Shown here piece after piece: positions 38,605 to 52,278 of a DNA stretch of 64,000 nt. The stretch is from positions 195,736,001 through 195,800,000 of the forward strand of contig NC_086097.1 of assembly GCF_963921235.1 (NCBI RefSeq), written 5' to 3'. The stretch is from Mobula hypostoma. Taxonomy: Eukaryota. Position numbers and translations under genes: made by a program. A model generated the notes under the pieces. The model did not search any database and had not been told where the DNA came from. It worked only from the letters and a program-made list of their open reading frames with translations. Positions within the stretch are counted from its first letter, which is position 1. Each line of letters opens with the position of its first letter.

Positions 38605-40670
38605 GCTGCCAGACGAGGTGGTAAATGCGGGTTCTTTTTTAACATTTAAGAATAAATTGGACAGATACATGGATGGGAGGTGTATGGAGGGATATGGTCC
38701 GTGTGCAGGTCAGTGGGACTAGGCAGAGAGTGGTTTGGCACAGCCAAGAAGGGCCAAAGGGCCTGTTTCTGTGCTGTAGTTTCTATGGTTCTAAGAGCTG
38801 AATAATTTGTGATTAATGTAATGTATTACTTTTTGTTGTCATGTTTTTCTTTGCTGAGACAGCCAAAAATTGTTGAGCATATACATTTTTCTTGAGATGA
38901 AGGCGATAAAATAAATTGTTAACCGGACCTTGCTGGCTAATAACTTTGATTCCAAACATCAAAGCCTTGCATTACAGGGGTATTCCCATCTCAAATCCTA
39001 CATCACACTAGACTTGCTTGCTACGTTATGCCATTGCACAGGTAATGCTGCTGGAACCGAGGATGGCTTTGGCCCAGTAAGGTTGATCCCCCGCACCCAG
39101 GTGAAATATCAGACAGTGATTGCAGTGGGGGCACTTGGCAAGCAAAACCTGGCTTAATATGTAATTCTGATCTGTAATTTCATATTCAGGTGGCAGTAGG
39201 TCAATCACATATATGGATTGTCATCATATGTATAGCAGAACTCATAGTTACCCAGAAGCTTCTGTAATAATTTTCCAATGCAATAAAATATGTCATTTTC
39301 AAATTCACAATTTACTCTGACTATTTTAGGTCTCACATTTATACAGACTCATTGGTGAGTGGGAAACAAACAATAATTCCTTTCTTGATTGATGCACCAA
39401 GATTTCTTTCTTTATGTCATATTTTATGATGTTACAAAGTTACATCAATAGTAATCATGGGAAGATGGAGGCTTATTCAAGTGATGGACAACACAATCAT
39501 TTTCTGGAAATGGTTATTGGGTCAGCTGGGTTTGCTCAACTTCCTCTTTGATCTTGAGGTTATCCAATTCTAATTCAGCAGAAGTGAATGGTATGATATG
39601 CATTCTAAAGAATGATACGTGCCATCTAATGCTTTGCTCAAGGTGACTTCTTCAAATATCTACATATTAAATGGAGTTGTTGCTTGCCTAAAGATTACCA
39701 TGTTTCACCAGATACTTGTCCTCATTTTGTAACAACACTGTTCTGTATTTCGTGTTCTCATCTGGCACTAGTTTTTATCTGGCTTTATTACAATTACATA
39801 GATTTTGATCATTCATCTTGCAGGTTATTTCTGGATGACACCTACACCAGGTTGGGCAAAACTAAGTGTAGCTGCTGGCACTCCCACTGTTGAATGCAGT
39901 GCTGCTCTGCAGTTTCATAAAAGGTCTTTTTCTTTTACTTTTTCATCATCATCATGGGAAGTACATGTAACTTTCCTCAGGATTCACAATCTCTCCACTT
40001 CACCACAAAGTTTCATGCTTCCAGTTGAAAGGGAATCCATTGTCCATCATCACATTTGCAACTTCCCAAATAAAGCAAAGAGACTATCAAATTTTAAAAC
40101 GGCAGATTTACAAAAGGAAAACTGACAAGTTCTACAACAAGGAAAAAAAAAGCATAAATAGTTAGAAGAGCAAAGCTATAAAGCCCTTTGAGTAAATCTG
40201 ATATTTGTATCAGTTCATACTGGTTTTATATCATGGTTGCTTGGCACACTTAATATTTGTTGACTTTGTCTTCATTCAAGCTAACAGTGGCTTTTCCACT
40301 GTTAAATCTTTCAGTTTGATGTCCTTCAGCAGCCTCTATGTTGTATTCTGCTAGTGACATCCGAACAACAATGCAATTATCTTGTGTTCCAACATCTGAA
40401 GTAGCTGTGTTCAACATGTTCTTTGTACAAATCTTGCAAGGTACATGTCAAATCAAGACAGTGCAGCTTCATATTTTACAAATCAGTTATTATCATACAC
40501 AGCAGTAAAGCAACAGCTTACTCCCTAGCAGGTTTGATTTCATTCACTACCATCATTTTGAGCACTATGATCAAGATCATGCACCAATGTGCTGTTCTGT
40601 GACCTTTTGTTTATAACTGGCGAGGTTAGTTGTAGGCATTGTAACTGTGATCTCTATAATCTGAGGAATT

Positions 40671-41685
40671 TTACTTTACTTTATTGTCGCCAAACAATTG
40701 ATACCAGAGCGTACAATTATCACAGCGATATTTGATTCTGCTCTTCGCGCTCCCTCGATTATAAATCGATAGTAAATAATAAAAATTTAAATTATAAATC
40801 ATAAATAGAAAATAGAAAAGGGAAAGTAAGGTAGTGCAAAAAAAAACCGAGAGGCAGGTCCGTATATTTGGAGGGTACGGCCCAGATCTGGGTCAGGATC
40901 CATTCAGCAGTCTTATCACAGTTGGAAAGAAGCTGTTCCCGTACGAGTCTTCAAGCTCCTGAACCTTCTTCCAGAGGAAAGAGGGACGAAAAGTGTGTTG
41001 GCTGGGTGGGTCGTGTCCTTGATTATCCTGGCAGCACTGCTCCAACAGCATGCGGTGTAAAGTGAGTCCAAGGACGGAAGACTGGTTCGTGTGATGTGCT
41101 GTGCCGTGTTCACGATCTTTCGCAGCTTCTTCCAGTCTTGGACAGGACAACTTCCATACCAGGTTGTGATGCACCCTAGAAGAATGCTTTCGATGGTGCA
41201 TCTATAAAAATTAGTGAGGGTTTTAGAGGACAGGCCAAATTTCTTTAGCTTTCTCAGGAAAGCTGGTGGGCCTTCTTGGCAGTGGACTCTGCTTGGTTGG
41301 ACCAAGTCAGTTCATTTGTGATATTGACCCCGAGGAACATAAAGCTTTTGACCTGTTCCACTTGCGCCCCACTGATGTAAATTGGGTCGTGCGGTCTGCT
41401 ACTCCTTCTGAAGTCAACAACCAATTCCTTCATCTTGCTGACATTGAAGGATAGGTTATCGTCTTCGCACTATGCCACCAGGTTCTTAATATCCTCTCTG
41501 TACTCAAACTCATCATTACCCAAGATACGGCCTACAATTGTTGTGTCATCAGCAAACTTATATATTGAGTTTGATGGAAACTTGGCTACACAATCATGGG
41601 TGTACAGTGAGTACAGCAGGGGGCTGAGTACATAGCATTGTGGGACACCAGTGCTCAGAGTGATTGTAGAGGAGAGCTTGTCCCC
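40671..41685 (-). mobile_element. Young Rex1/Babar-like LINE 3' part
   Basis: KFADDT (~41545), FYRCTIESIL, HPANTL; (aaagt)n tail. Confidence 0.9.
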
Positions 41686-42154
41686 TATAAAACTGGCAAT
41701 GTGTCAAAATTTAGAAGAGTATCAAATGAGCATTTTGTTGAAACATTTGGATTTGAATGTCAGTTGCAATGAAAATACTTTCATTGTCATACTGTTATAA
41801 GGAAATATCCAAATTGTTGACAACCTCCATCAGCCTTGTCACTCACAACGTGGTTCAGCTGAGTGACAAGTTTTCACAGAATGTTTAGTTTTCCACACAA
41901 CATGTGTTTTCAGTAGACAGACATTCCACAAAAACAGCTCGCTTCTGAATGCTGCTTATTATAGTGATCCCGGTTATATTTACTTTTCCTGTCTTTGTGT
42001 TTGTTCCTTCTCTGGTTTGATTCACAGCTTTATCTTTTGGGTTTTCTGCATCAACAGTTCTCTTCTCACAGAGTCATAGAGTCATTAAAATCAGAAACAA
42101 GTCCTTCGGCCCACTCTGACCATGCCAATCATCAAGTATATATCTGCACTAATC

Positions 42155-43151
42155 ACAAACACAAGAAAATCTGTAGCTGCTGGGGTCAAAGCAACACTCA
42201 CAACATGCTGGAGGAATTCAGCAAATCAGGCAGCATCCGTGGAAAAGATCGGTCGACGTTTCGGGCTGGAACCCTTCGTCAGGACTGTAGAGGGAAGGGG
42301 CAGAGGCCCTATAAAGAAGGTGGGGGGAGGGTGGGAAGGAGAAGGCTGGTAGGTTCAGTTGAAAAACCAGTAAGGGGAAAGATAAAGGGGTGGGGAAGGG
42401 AGGCAGGGAGGTGATAGGCAGGAAAGATGAAGAAAGAATAGGGGAAAACACATTGGGTAGTAGAAGGAGGCAGAACCAAGAGGGAGGGGGCACGCAGCTG
42501 GGGGAGGGGGCAGAGTGACATAGGGATAGGGGAAGGGAGGGGGAGGGAATTACCGGAAGTTGGAGAATTCTATGTTCATACCAAGGGGCTGGAGACTACC
42601 TCGACGGTATATGAGGTGTTGCTCCTCCAACCTGGGTTTAGCCTCATCATGGCAGTAGAGGAGGCCATGTATGGACATATCTGAAAGGAAGTGGGAAGCA
42701 GAGTTGAAGTGGGTGGCTACTGGGAGACCCTGTCTGTTCTGGCGGACAGAGCAGAGGTGCTCGACGAAGCGGTCCCCCAATCTGCGTCGGGTTTCACCAA
42801 TGTAGAGGAGGCCGCACCGGGAGCACCGGATGCAATAGATGACCCCAACAGACTCACAAGTGAAGTGTTGCCTCACTTGGAAGTACTGTTTGGGGCCCTG
42901 AATGGTGGCAAGAGAGGAGGTGAAGGGACAGGTGTAGCACTTGCGCTTACAGTGATAAGTGCCAGGTGGGAGATCTGTGGGGAGGGACGTGTGGACCAGG
43001 GAGTCGCGGAAGGACCAATCCCTGCGGAAGGCGGAGAGGGATGGAGAGGGAAAGATGTGTTTAGTGGTGGGGTCCTGTTGAAGGTGGCAGAAGTTGTGGA
43101 GGATAATGTGTTTGATCCGGAGGCTAGTGGGGTGGTAGCTGAGGACAAGGT
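42155..43151 (-). mobile_element. PLE of a second subfamily, GIY-YIG end
   Basis: ORF 42550-43150 (SAFRRDWSFRDSLVH..VIYCIRCSRCGLLYIGET) with a distinct 3'UTR. Confidence 0.92.
42250..42287 (-). ncRNA. Minimal hammerhead ribozyme, variant loop II
   Basis: CAGUC CUGACGA A GGGU-UCCA-GCCC GAAA CGUC^ GACCG. Confidence 0.8.
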
Positions 43152-43402
43152 CCTTGCTCTTTACTTCACTTCCCCTCCCGCCCCCACCGGTTTCGCCTAT
43201 CACCTTGTGCTTCTTCCTCCCCTCCTCCCACCTTCTAACTCTGACTCCTCATCTTTTTTTCTCCAGTCCTGCTGAAGGGTCTCGGCCTGAAACTTTGACT
43301 ATACCGTTTTCCATAGATGCTGCCTGGCCTGTTGAGTTCCTCCAGCATGTTGTGTGTGTTGCTTGGATTTCCAGCATCTACAGATTTTCTTTTGCTTGTG
43401 AT
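43152..43402 (+). mobile_element. PLE terminus of a third subfamily, inverted relative to its neighbour; degenerate hammerhead at 43264-43301
   Basis: cagtcctgctgaagggtctcggcctgaaactttgact..ccagcatctacagattttc. Confidence 0.85.
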
Positions 43403-43704
43403 ATGCAGAATCTCTTGTTTAGGAGCATCTTTGTACATTTCTCGGCTCTCTTTCCAGTATAGTATTCCCTTTCCTCCATGACAACAATTAAAAATAGATA
43501 CGATACCCCAAGTACAGTCTCATCAACATGTTGTACAACTAACAATCTAACAACCCATCTCTCATACTTATTGCCCTGAATGATGAAGGCTAGTGTGCCT
43601 ACTGCCACTTTCAGCCAACTGCTCCACAGCACTGCCAAAGTCTCACTCTGGTTTGACTTCCCTACATGCAATACCTTTCTCTTATTTGAACTACATGACA
43701 CTTA

Positions 43705-44280
43705 TCATTCCAAATCAAGATCACTGATATATGATATAAAATTTGTTAGTTATCAGCAGAAGTACAGTGCAGACATAAAAATTAACAAATTACCAAATAA
43801 ATAAATAAATAGAACAAACAAGTAATAAAGAGGTAGTGTTCATGGGTTCATTGACTGTTCAGAAATCTGATGGAAGAGGGGAACAAGCTATTCCTAAGTT
43901 GTTGAGTGTGGGTCTTATGACTTCTGTACCTCCTCCCCAATAGGCTTAATGAGGAGACGGCATGTTCTGAATAGTGAGGATCTTTAGTGATGGATGCCCC
44001 TTCTTTGAGGCACCGCCTCTTGAAGATGTCATCGATGGAGGGAAGAGTTGTACATGTGATGGAGTTGTACATGTGATGTAATCCTGTGCATTAGAGCCTC
44101 CATACCAGGCTATGATTTGCCCAGCTAGAATGCCCTCCTTAGTACATTTGTAAGCATCTTTTGTGACATACCAAATCTCCTCAAGCTCTTAACCACTTGA
44201 GCCTTTGGCATGCTTTCATCATGAAATGTATTGGACCTAGGACAAATCACCCAAGATGTTGTCGTCCAGGTACTTAGAGC
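43705..44280 (-). mobile_element. Rex1-like LINE 3' part
   Basis: LPSIDDIFKRRCLK..KDPH..GRRYRS..NSLFPS. Confidence 0.8.
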
Positions 44281-44548
44281 TGTTCAGATACTTGAAGATC
44301 CTCGGACCACCTGCCTAGCCTATCAAGATCCCCATATAATTTTTGCTAATCTTCTTTATGGTTACAATACTGCCTATTTTAGTATAATCCACAAACTTAC
44401 TAACTGTGACTTGTACCTTTACATTGAAACTATTTATATAAGTAGCAAACAACAAAGGTGAAAGCACTGGCCCCTGTGGGATACCACTATTCTCCAGCCC
44501 AAAGAGCAACTTTTGACCATCATCCTTCAATTTCTCACCTAAGAGCAT

Positions 44549-45663
44549 ACATCAAAGTTGCTGGTGAACGCAGCAGGCCAGACAGCATCTCTAGGAAAAG
44601 GTACAGTCGAAGTTTCGGGCCGAGACCCTTCATCAGGACTAACTGAAAGAAGAACTAGTAAGAGATTTGACAGTGAGAGGGGGAGGGGGAGATCCGAAAT
44701 GATAGGAGAAGACAGGAGGGGGAGGGATGGAGCCAAGAGCTGGACAGGTGATTGGCAAAAGGGGATATGAGAGGATCATGGGACAGGAGGCCCTGGGAGA
44801 AAGAAAAGGGGGAGGGGGAGAAAACCCAGAGGATGGGCAAGGGGTACAGTGAGATATACAGAGGGAGAAAAAGAAGAGAGAGAAAAAGAATGTGTGTATA
44901 TAAATAAATAATGGATGGTGTACAAGGGGGAGGTGGGGCATTAGCAGAAGTTAGAGAAGTCAATGTTCATGCCACCAGGTTGGAGGCTACCCAGATGGAA
45001 TATAAGGTGTTGTTCCTCCAACCTGAGTGTGGCTTCATCTTTACAGTAGAGGAGGCCGTGGATAGACATATCAGAATGGGAATGGGACGTGGAATTAAAA
45101 TATGTGGTCACTGGGAGATCCTGCTTTCTCTGGTGGACAGAGCGTAGGTGTTCAGCAAAATGATCTCCCAGTCTGCGTCGGGTCTCGCCAATATATAGAA
45201 GGCCACATTGGGAGCACCGGACGCAGTATATCACTCCAGCCAACTCACAGGTGAAGTGTCGCCTCACCTGGAAGGACTGTCTGGGGCCCTGAATGGTGGT
45301 AAGGGAGGAAGTGTAAGGGCATGTGTAGCACTTGTTCCGCTTACAAGGATAAGTGCCAGGAGGGAGATCAGTGGAGAGGGATGGGGGGGAACGAATGGAC
45401 AAGGGAGTCACGTAGGGAGCGATCCCTGCGGAAAGCAGAGGGGGGGAGAAAAAGATGTGCTTAGTGGTGGGATCCCGTTGGAGGTGGCAGAAGTTACGGA
45501 GAATAATATGTTGGACCCGGAGGCTGGTGGGGTGGTAGGTGAGGACCAGGGGAACCCTATTCCTAGTGGGGTGGTGGGAGGACGGAGTGAGAGCAGATGT
45601 GTGTGAAATGGGGGGGATGCGTTTGAGAGCAGAGTTGAAATAGAGTTCTTCGTGTTTGAGTTT
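44549..45663 (-). mobile_element. PLE 3' part with 10-bp TSD, nested in a CR1 remnant; hammerhead at 44604-44641
   Basis: GIY-YIG ORF 44941-45411; ctaagagcat at 44539-44548 and 45664-45673; core CUGAUGA..GAAACUUC with the palindrome broken. Confidence 0.92.
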
Positions 45664-46432
45664 CTAAGAGCATTTGTGTTTCCAAATCCTATCATTTTCC
45701 CTTCAAGCCAGAGAAGTCTAGAATCAGATAGTCAGAATGCTCTTCACTGTATATCTATAGAAATTTACAAGAGTCTTTGGTTACATAACAAATCTCCTCA
45801 AACTCCTAATGAAGTAGAGCACCTGGACAAGGTGAGATTCAAATAATGACTCAGGGTTCATACTGAATGGCATGAAGTGAGGTATTGTTGTCACTTTTCC
45901 ATAATATGTAAATGAACAAACGCACTGTGATTGGATGTTGATAATTCAGGTGTGATTCACAAATCATTAATTGTACTATTGATTAGCTGGTTGTGAAATT
46001 TTATCTGACCTTTGGCAATCATTCTCACCCTGTTCCTGCCTTACAATACATTAACATTTTATTAGTGATAGAGCAAATAAACAGAAATAATCGATAGCTT
46101 AAAACTGCATTTCTAGGTGTTTGTAAGACAATTTAAAACTTGCAGTACATAACAGGATTGATTATAGAGAAAGGAATTTTCCTTGTGGCATACTCCTGAT
46201 AAATAGAAACAACTGATCTGAACTGCTGCATGTAATTCTTATTTCTACACAGATTGGAAGTTGTTGTACATAACTAAGTCGTGCACAATCAGATCTCTGA
46301 TATTGAAAAATAAGTTCCAGGGCAGCATTTCTTTAAGGAAAAGGCTTGATATGTGACCAAGAAGTCTAGCATGGAACAAGAATCATTTGTGGGAGGGTCT
46401 GTCAAACTGACATGAGAGTTTGATAGTGTCTA

Positions 46433-47192
46433 TAGAACCATAGAAACTACAGCACAGAAACAGGCCCTTTGGCCCTTCTTGGCTGTGCCGAACCACTCTC
46501 TGCCTAGTCCCACTGACCTGCACACGGACCATATCCCTCCATACACCTCCCATCCATGTATCTGTCCAATTTATTCTTAAATGTTAAAAAAGAACCCGCA
46601 TTTACCACCTCGTCTGGCAGCTCATTCCATACTCCCACCACTCTGTGTGAAGAAGCCCCCACTAATGTTTCCTTTAAACTTTTCCCCCCTCACCCTTAAC
46701 CCATGTCCTCTGGTTTTTTTCTCCCCTTACCTCAGTGGAAAAAGCCTGCTTGCATTCACTCTATCTATACCCACCATAATTTTATATACCGCTATCAAAT
46801 CTCCCCTCATTCTTCTACGCTCCAGGGAATAAAGTCCTAACCTATTCAACCTTTCTCTGTAACTGAGTTTCTCAAGTCCCGGCAACATCCTTGTAAACCT
46901 TCTCTGCACTCTTTCAACCTTATTTATATCCTTCCTGTAATTTGGTGACCAAAACTGAACACAATACTCCAGATTCGGCCTCACCAATGCCTTATACAAC
47001 CTCATCATAACATTCCAGCTCTTATACTCAATACTACGATTAATAAAGGCCAATGTACCAAAATCTCTCTTTACGACCCTATCTACCTGTGACGACACTT
47101 TTAGGGAATTTTGTATCTGTATTCCCAGATCCCTCTGTTCCACTGCACTCCTCAGTGCCTTACCATTAACCCTGTATGTTCTACGTTGGTCC
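46433..47192 (-). mobile_element. Young CR1 3' end, same subfamily as 35.2-38.8 kb
   Basis: Near-identical reverse complement of ~38035-38793. Confidence 0.95.
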
Positions 47193-47693
47193 ACAAGTTA
47201 TTGTCAAGCAAATTGCATTAAATTGCACTATGGCCTTAAGTAAAAGAATGGCTGAAAAACTATTAGCCAATTATTAAAATCCTACTTTTATTATTACCAT
47301 TCTCAAGATCATGCTCAAAACTGTACATTATTCAAACGAGGAAATACTCATATTGTTTTTTAAAGGGAAAAGTAACAAAGTGACTTAACAGAGCAACATT
47401 GCTGTGATATTATTCAGCCTTGGGTTATTAATCCAAAGTCAATATTATTGGGCCATCATATTTATATTTAACAGTATGAAAAAAAGAAATAAAGTGAAGT
47501 TATTCAGAAATATGGTATGAATTATAATTTCCATAGTGACATAAATGGACTGCATCACTTACAATATGAAGATATTTACTATTAGATCATTTTAATTTTT
47601 ACTATTAGATATTTATTATTCACATTTACTATTATATAACAAGTGATTACTATTCAAACAAACATTTCATAATTCTAAATACATGAATATACA

Positions 47694-47775
47694 CCTCTGA
47701 AGAAGGCAATGGCAAACCACTTCTGCAGAAAAATTTGCCAAGAATGATCATGAGACAGCACCTAATGATGATGGT
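47694..47775 (+). mobile_element. RTE-clade 3' tail fragment
   Basis: gaagaaggcaatggcaaaccacttct..ttgccaagaa with (atg)n, the typical RTE/BovB-like terminal motif. Confidence 0.6.
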
Positions 47776-47989
47776 GACGCCACTGGAAAATAAAACTCTC
47801 TCAGGAACATAATCAGTTCATGGTTAACTGAATAAATTAAGAGGCGGGCTCTTTTAAGGTTTATAATTTTACCAATAAGAGCAGTAAACCTGAAGACTGA
47901 GGAATGTTGCAGGAATCCATAGTGAATAAAATTGAAGAGCGGAAATATGAGAGACAATGAATAACACATTTATAAATATGAATGTGGAT

Positions 47990-49155
47990 CCAACAGAAAG
48001 ATATTTAAGGGCAATTATAATGGCAAATCAGGAAAAGCTTTTTGTTATATTTGTTTTTAATTCAGAAGATGCCACTGATATACATATCAGTAAGAAATAA
48101 CAACAAAGAAATAACTCTCTGGTGAGAATGAGAATTTAAAGTAATTAGCATCAGTAAAGGGAAACTAATGTAACAAATAAGATATTTAGAATTGAACAGA
48201 TCCCTAGACCTAATAGAAAGCATCAAGGGCTCTGAAGAAGTAGCTGTAGAAATGCATTAATCAGTTCCAGTAGACTGGAAGATATTCCAACCTGCTTTTT
48301 TAATAGGTCAGGAAGAAAAATAAATGGGAAGTAGCAAACCTGTTAGTTTGACATCAGCCATCAACAAGATACTAGAATCTACAATCAAGGATAAGGCAAT
48401 GCAGCACTTAAGGAATTACAATATAATTAGGCAGTCTTGGAATGGCCTTAAGAAATAAAATCTTTTGAAAAAAATTATTAATTTTTCATCTGTAGCTATT
48501 AGCACAGACAACGCAGAGCATCATTGGATTTTCAACAAGCATTTAATAAGGTACCACAAATTATTGCTACACCGGGGTGGGAATAGTCTCAGAGAAAAAA
48601 AAGATCATTTGGAGAGCAAGAATGATGAGTGGGAATAAACAGGTCACTTTCAGATTGCCACACCACTTCTAGTCAAGTGCCATGAAGATCAGTAATTTAT
48701 AATTTACAATATGTAAATGAATAGATAAAAGGACAAATTGTAAATGTATTGTTATTTGATGATGTTACAAAGCTAGGAAAGTAAGTGTGCTGATAAAGGG
48801 GGGGAGCTAAATATTTCCAGGGTATATGGACAGATGAATTAGGTGGGCAAAATGGTATCTGATGGAAAACAATATTGTAAGCAAAATGTGAGATTATTCT
48901 CACATTGATAAAAAGAATATTCTGAAACAGTGAGAATAATGCTCAGCTTAATCAAAATACCAAAGGTCAATGTGCAGTACAACAAACAATAAGAAAGGCA
49001 ACATATCAACATATTCCTATTCTAGCTGAAAGGCCTTTGCTTACTGAAGGAATGAGAGAAAAGGTGATCAGGAACAAAAATGGATTTGAGGAAAAGGTTC
49101 AATCATGATCTTAATGACGAACAGACTTGTGTGAAGAGTCAAATGGCCCAGTTAG
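47990..49155 (+). mobile_element. Highly decayed CR1
   Basis: Remnants ttccagtagactggaag, ttttcaacaagcatttaataaggtaccaca and tttgatgatgttacaaag occur in CR1 order. Confidence 0.55.
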
Positions 49156-50403
49156 CTTGTCCAGGCTGATTTAAGGTGCATCACCTGTCATTTGAACCAA
49201 AGTTCTTGGAATACAATCAAGAAGATTTACTTGAGAGAATGGTGCTGATAACAAAATTCAGATAGACATGATACATGAATTGTTTTTACTTTCCCATGCC
49301 ATTAAGAGCACATCCCTGAAAGGGTATAACATTTGTTCACATTGATTTATAAAGGAATGATTGTATGTGTATATAAAGCATTTCTTTCAAAGGACTGTGG
49401 GAGAAGAAGAAAACATCTGATGCTAAAGCAAGTTTGTATGTTTCATTCATTATCTTTCCAAGTCCCTGAGCTTGAAAGACAGTGCCTTCCTAACTCTGAA
49501 TTTCAGTTTGGTTTGGAAGAAGTGATAAAAAAAATGTTTGGCTTTGCATTCTGACCTTAATTGTTTCATCTGCAATGTTTTATCAATTGGATTAAAATAG
49601 GGGTTTTGACAACAACAATTTTGGATTTACATAGTACAAAATCTCAAGGTGTATTTGCATGAGGGTATTGTCAAATCCTAATTAAAACTAAGCCACACAG
49701 GCATATGAACTCATTGAGTTTTAAAGAACATCTTGAAAGAGGGTAGCGGATGAAATTAGAAAATCACTTTTGTTGTATATATTTTAATGCACTAGACATT
49801 CCCATTTTTGTCATTTCAAATAGAAGCACAATCAGTATATTTATTTTTTGCCTCATACTAAATAAGGCTGAATCACAAGGTTCTACCAACATTGTAGGTG
49901 CAAGCTATAAGTCAGCAGAAACTGGAGCCAAGATATTGATTCTCATACAGTGCCCAGTGACACCTATCCTCATAAATCAGACATGTGTATCCAACAAAAA
50001 CATATGGACCACACGCAAGAAATCAGGTCAGAACAGCAGGAAGTATTCCCACATCTAAGCCACATAACAGGATCCTTGATTATATCCAAGCTTGTTTGTA
50101 GGTGATTTGGAGGAGAGCTCAGCTGGACTACACACAAGAAATGAAAAGGTTTTTGCTCATTATGAAGGCAAAATCTTTCATATTTTTCTGGAACAATTTA
50201 GTACTTGTTCTGGCTTCCTCACCAAATAAAAATGTGCTTGCCACTGCATCCATCCTTCTGGGGATATCCATGATCCTGCGCTCCTGGTTTCTTTCCAGGA
50301 GGGCTAAAATTCACTAGACCTCTGGTACAATGATGCTGAGACTGTATTGAACTCCTGGTTGTCCAATAGTTCTGTAGAGAATAACCAGCCAGCTACTTTA
50401 AGA

Positions 50404-50483
50404 ATGTCAGCACTTTTTGGACTTACTGTCTTGTGTGTGTTTCTAAACTTTTGCTCCGCCCTTCAAATCAACGTTGAATCCAG
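50404..50483 (+). CDS. Candidate signal-peptide-encoding exon of an unidentified gene
   Basis: agaATG; MSALFGLTVLCVFLNFCSA|LQINVES; donor CAG|GTGAGT; possible acceptor tttctttccag ending at 50298. Confidence 0.35.
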
Positions 50484-50787
50484 GTGAGTTCTTTAAGTTG
50501 CTGAGCTTTGAATATGGCTAATGATATTCAGTAAAAAGCTAGAATGAGCCAAGTCTTTTTGTTTAATTCTCGATATGCCACTGTACATTTATTCATCCAT
50601 TTCCCCAGCTCCAGCTTCCTCTCAGTAAATTCCCAATCAGATAAAAGTGATTCCGGTTGGACCCAACTGGTTAGCACCAACTTTTATAAAAATGCAATTG
50701 TTAAGATTGGCCAAGTTGTCTCCTCACCAGCAATTAATAAAATTAAAATTGTGAATGATATTTATGCATTGTTTGTATGATAGCTAG

Positions 50788-51317
50788 TGTAATGCCCTGG
50801 GAAAGGATTCACTACTAATGTAATGGTTTCCCGGTAGCTGCAGTGGTTTGGGTTATGACTAGAGATAATGGGGGATTTGGAATGTGCACTGTCCAATGGG
50901 GGAGTGTTTTACTTTTGTGTGAGCACGAGAGCGAGGAACTTCCAGTTTTTTTTGGCAGAAGATGGACAGAGAAGATGCCAGAATGGAGAGGTTGTAGACT
51001 GCAGGGTGGAGTGGACGTGGATTGGTGCCAGGAGTCAATGACGCCTGAAAGAAATCAATGGAGAACTAACAGACGGGAAAACCATGAGCTCCAACGTGCA
51101 CATTAGACTGTTTGATTAAAATGGGCCCTTTTCTTTTTGTTTTTCTTTACGAATCCTCTAGCCAAATTAAGAATTATAAAGCTAAATCATCTAATTGCAT
51201 ATGGTAACTGTTTGCTATTTTGTGGTACTGATTTGTAACAGAGGACACCGCGCAGATTTTACAAGTTTGGCAGGGCCGGAGACTGACTAACACTGCTGGT
51301 CAAACCTGAGGGTTACA
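50788..51317. mobile_element. Solo LTR (530 bp), Gypsy-like
   Basis: TGTAATGCCC..GGGTTACA inverted termini; 4-bp TSD ctag (50784-50787 / 51318-51321). Confidence 0.85.
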
Positions 51318-52278
51318 CTAGTTGTTAGGTAAAAAGAAACCACAAAAAGTTTATTACATGTAATTTCTTCTCATCTTAAAAGTATTGCTTACTAATTTAG
51401 AAATTTTGTACATCCAAAATATGACACAGAGGAAGTATTGGGACACTCTTATTTTCAGAAGTATGTTTAGACATATGTTGGGCCATCACTTGTGCTAAGC
51501 CCCTGGTGTGTCAGATATGGCTGTTACCCCCACACCAATTTCATAACATTACACAGTCATCCTACCAGCCATTAAGAGTCAAGGCATGTGCAGGAATTCA
51601 AATTTGCCTTCCTTTGGATCGAGGGATAGGTGAGGGCATATTTACAAGTGTTCACATATCTATAACCTTTTATTATTGCTAGCTTTAAGGGTGATTATTT
51701 GTGAAAAACTTTCAAGATGTCTGCTGTTTGCCCTCATAGCACCTACATATGCACATGCATGACACGACACATGGAAAAACACACACAAACAAACACAAAT
51801 GCAACAAAACTATCATTCACATAAGATATCCATATTCAAGATTTTCCACAAGTTAACAGGATTTGGACTTTCTTCCAAATGTGCTTTTACATGCAAAAAA
51901 AATTGGAAGTTCAATTATATTCACAAAAAAATCAGTTAAAGTAAAATATGAAAAGGGAAAATATCTGCTCTTTAAACTCCTGTATAAGAAAGGAACTGAG
52001 TTGCCTGCATACTTTATGACAGATTAATTTTTGTAGCTCTCCAAAAGCCAATAATGAGATTAGTTCTGGTTTGAAATGAATAATCAGATGGCTATTGTTT
52101 GCTGCCTTTGTGTGTCTCCAACTTGAATAAATAAAGTGTAAAAGAGAAGTGAGAGTAGATTTTGGACCACTTGCAAAATGATGCTGGAGAGGTAGTAATG
52201 GGGGACAAGGAGATGGCAGTCAAACTGAATAAGTATTTTTAGTATTTTGCATCAATTTTCACTTTGGAAGACACTAGC

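Larger units (their letters stand above)
35228..38793 (+). mobile_element. Young, 5'-truncated CR1 LINE
   Basis: ORF1 esterase, ORF2 EN-RT and 3'UTR ending tttctatggttcta; possible TSD agctgaa. Confidence 0.97.

Noticed and set aside
42691..43275. 194-aa plus-strand ORF
   Set aside because: Antisense shadow of the PLE GIY-YIG ORF.
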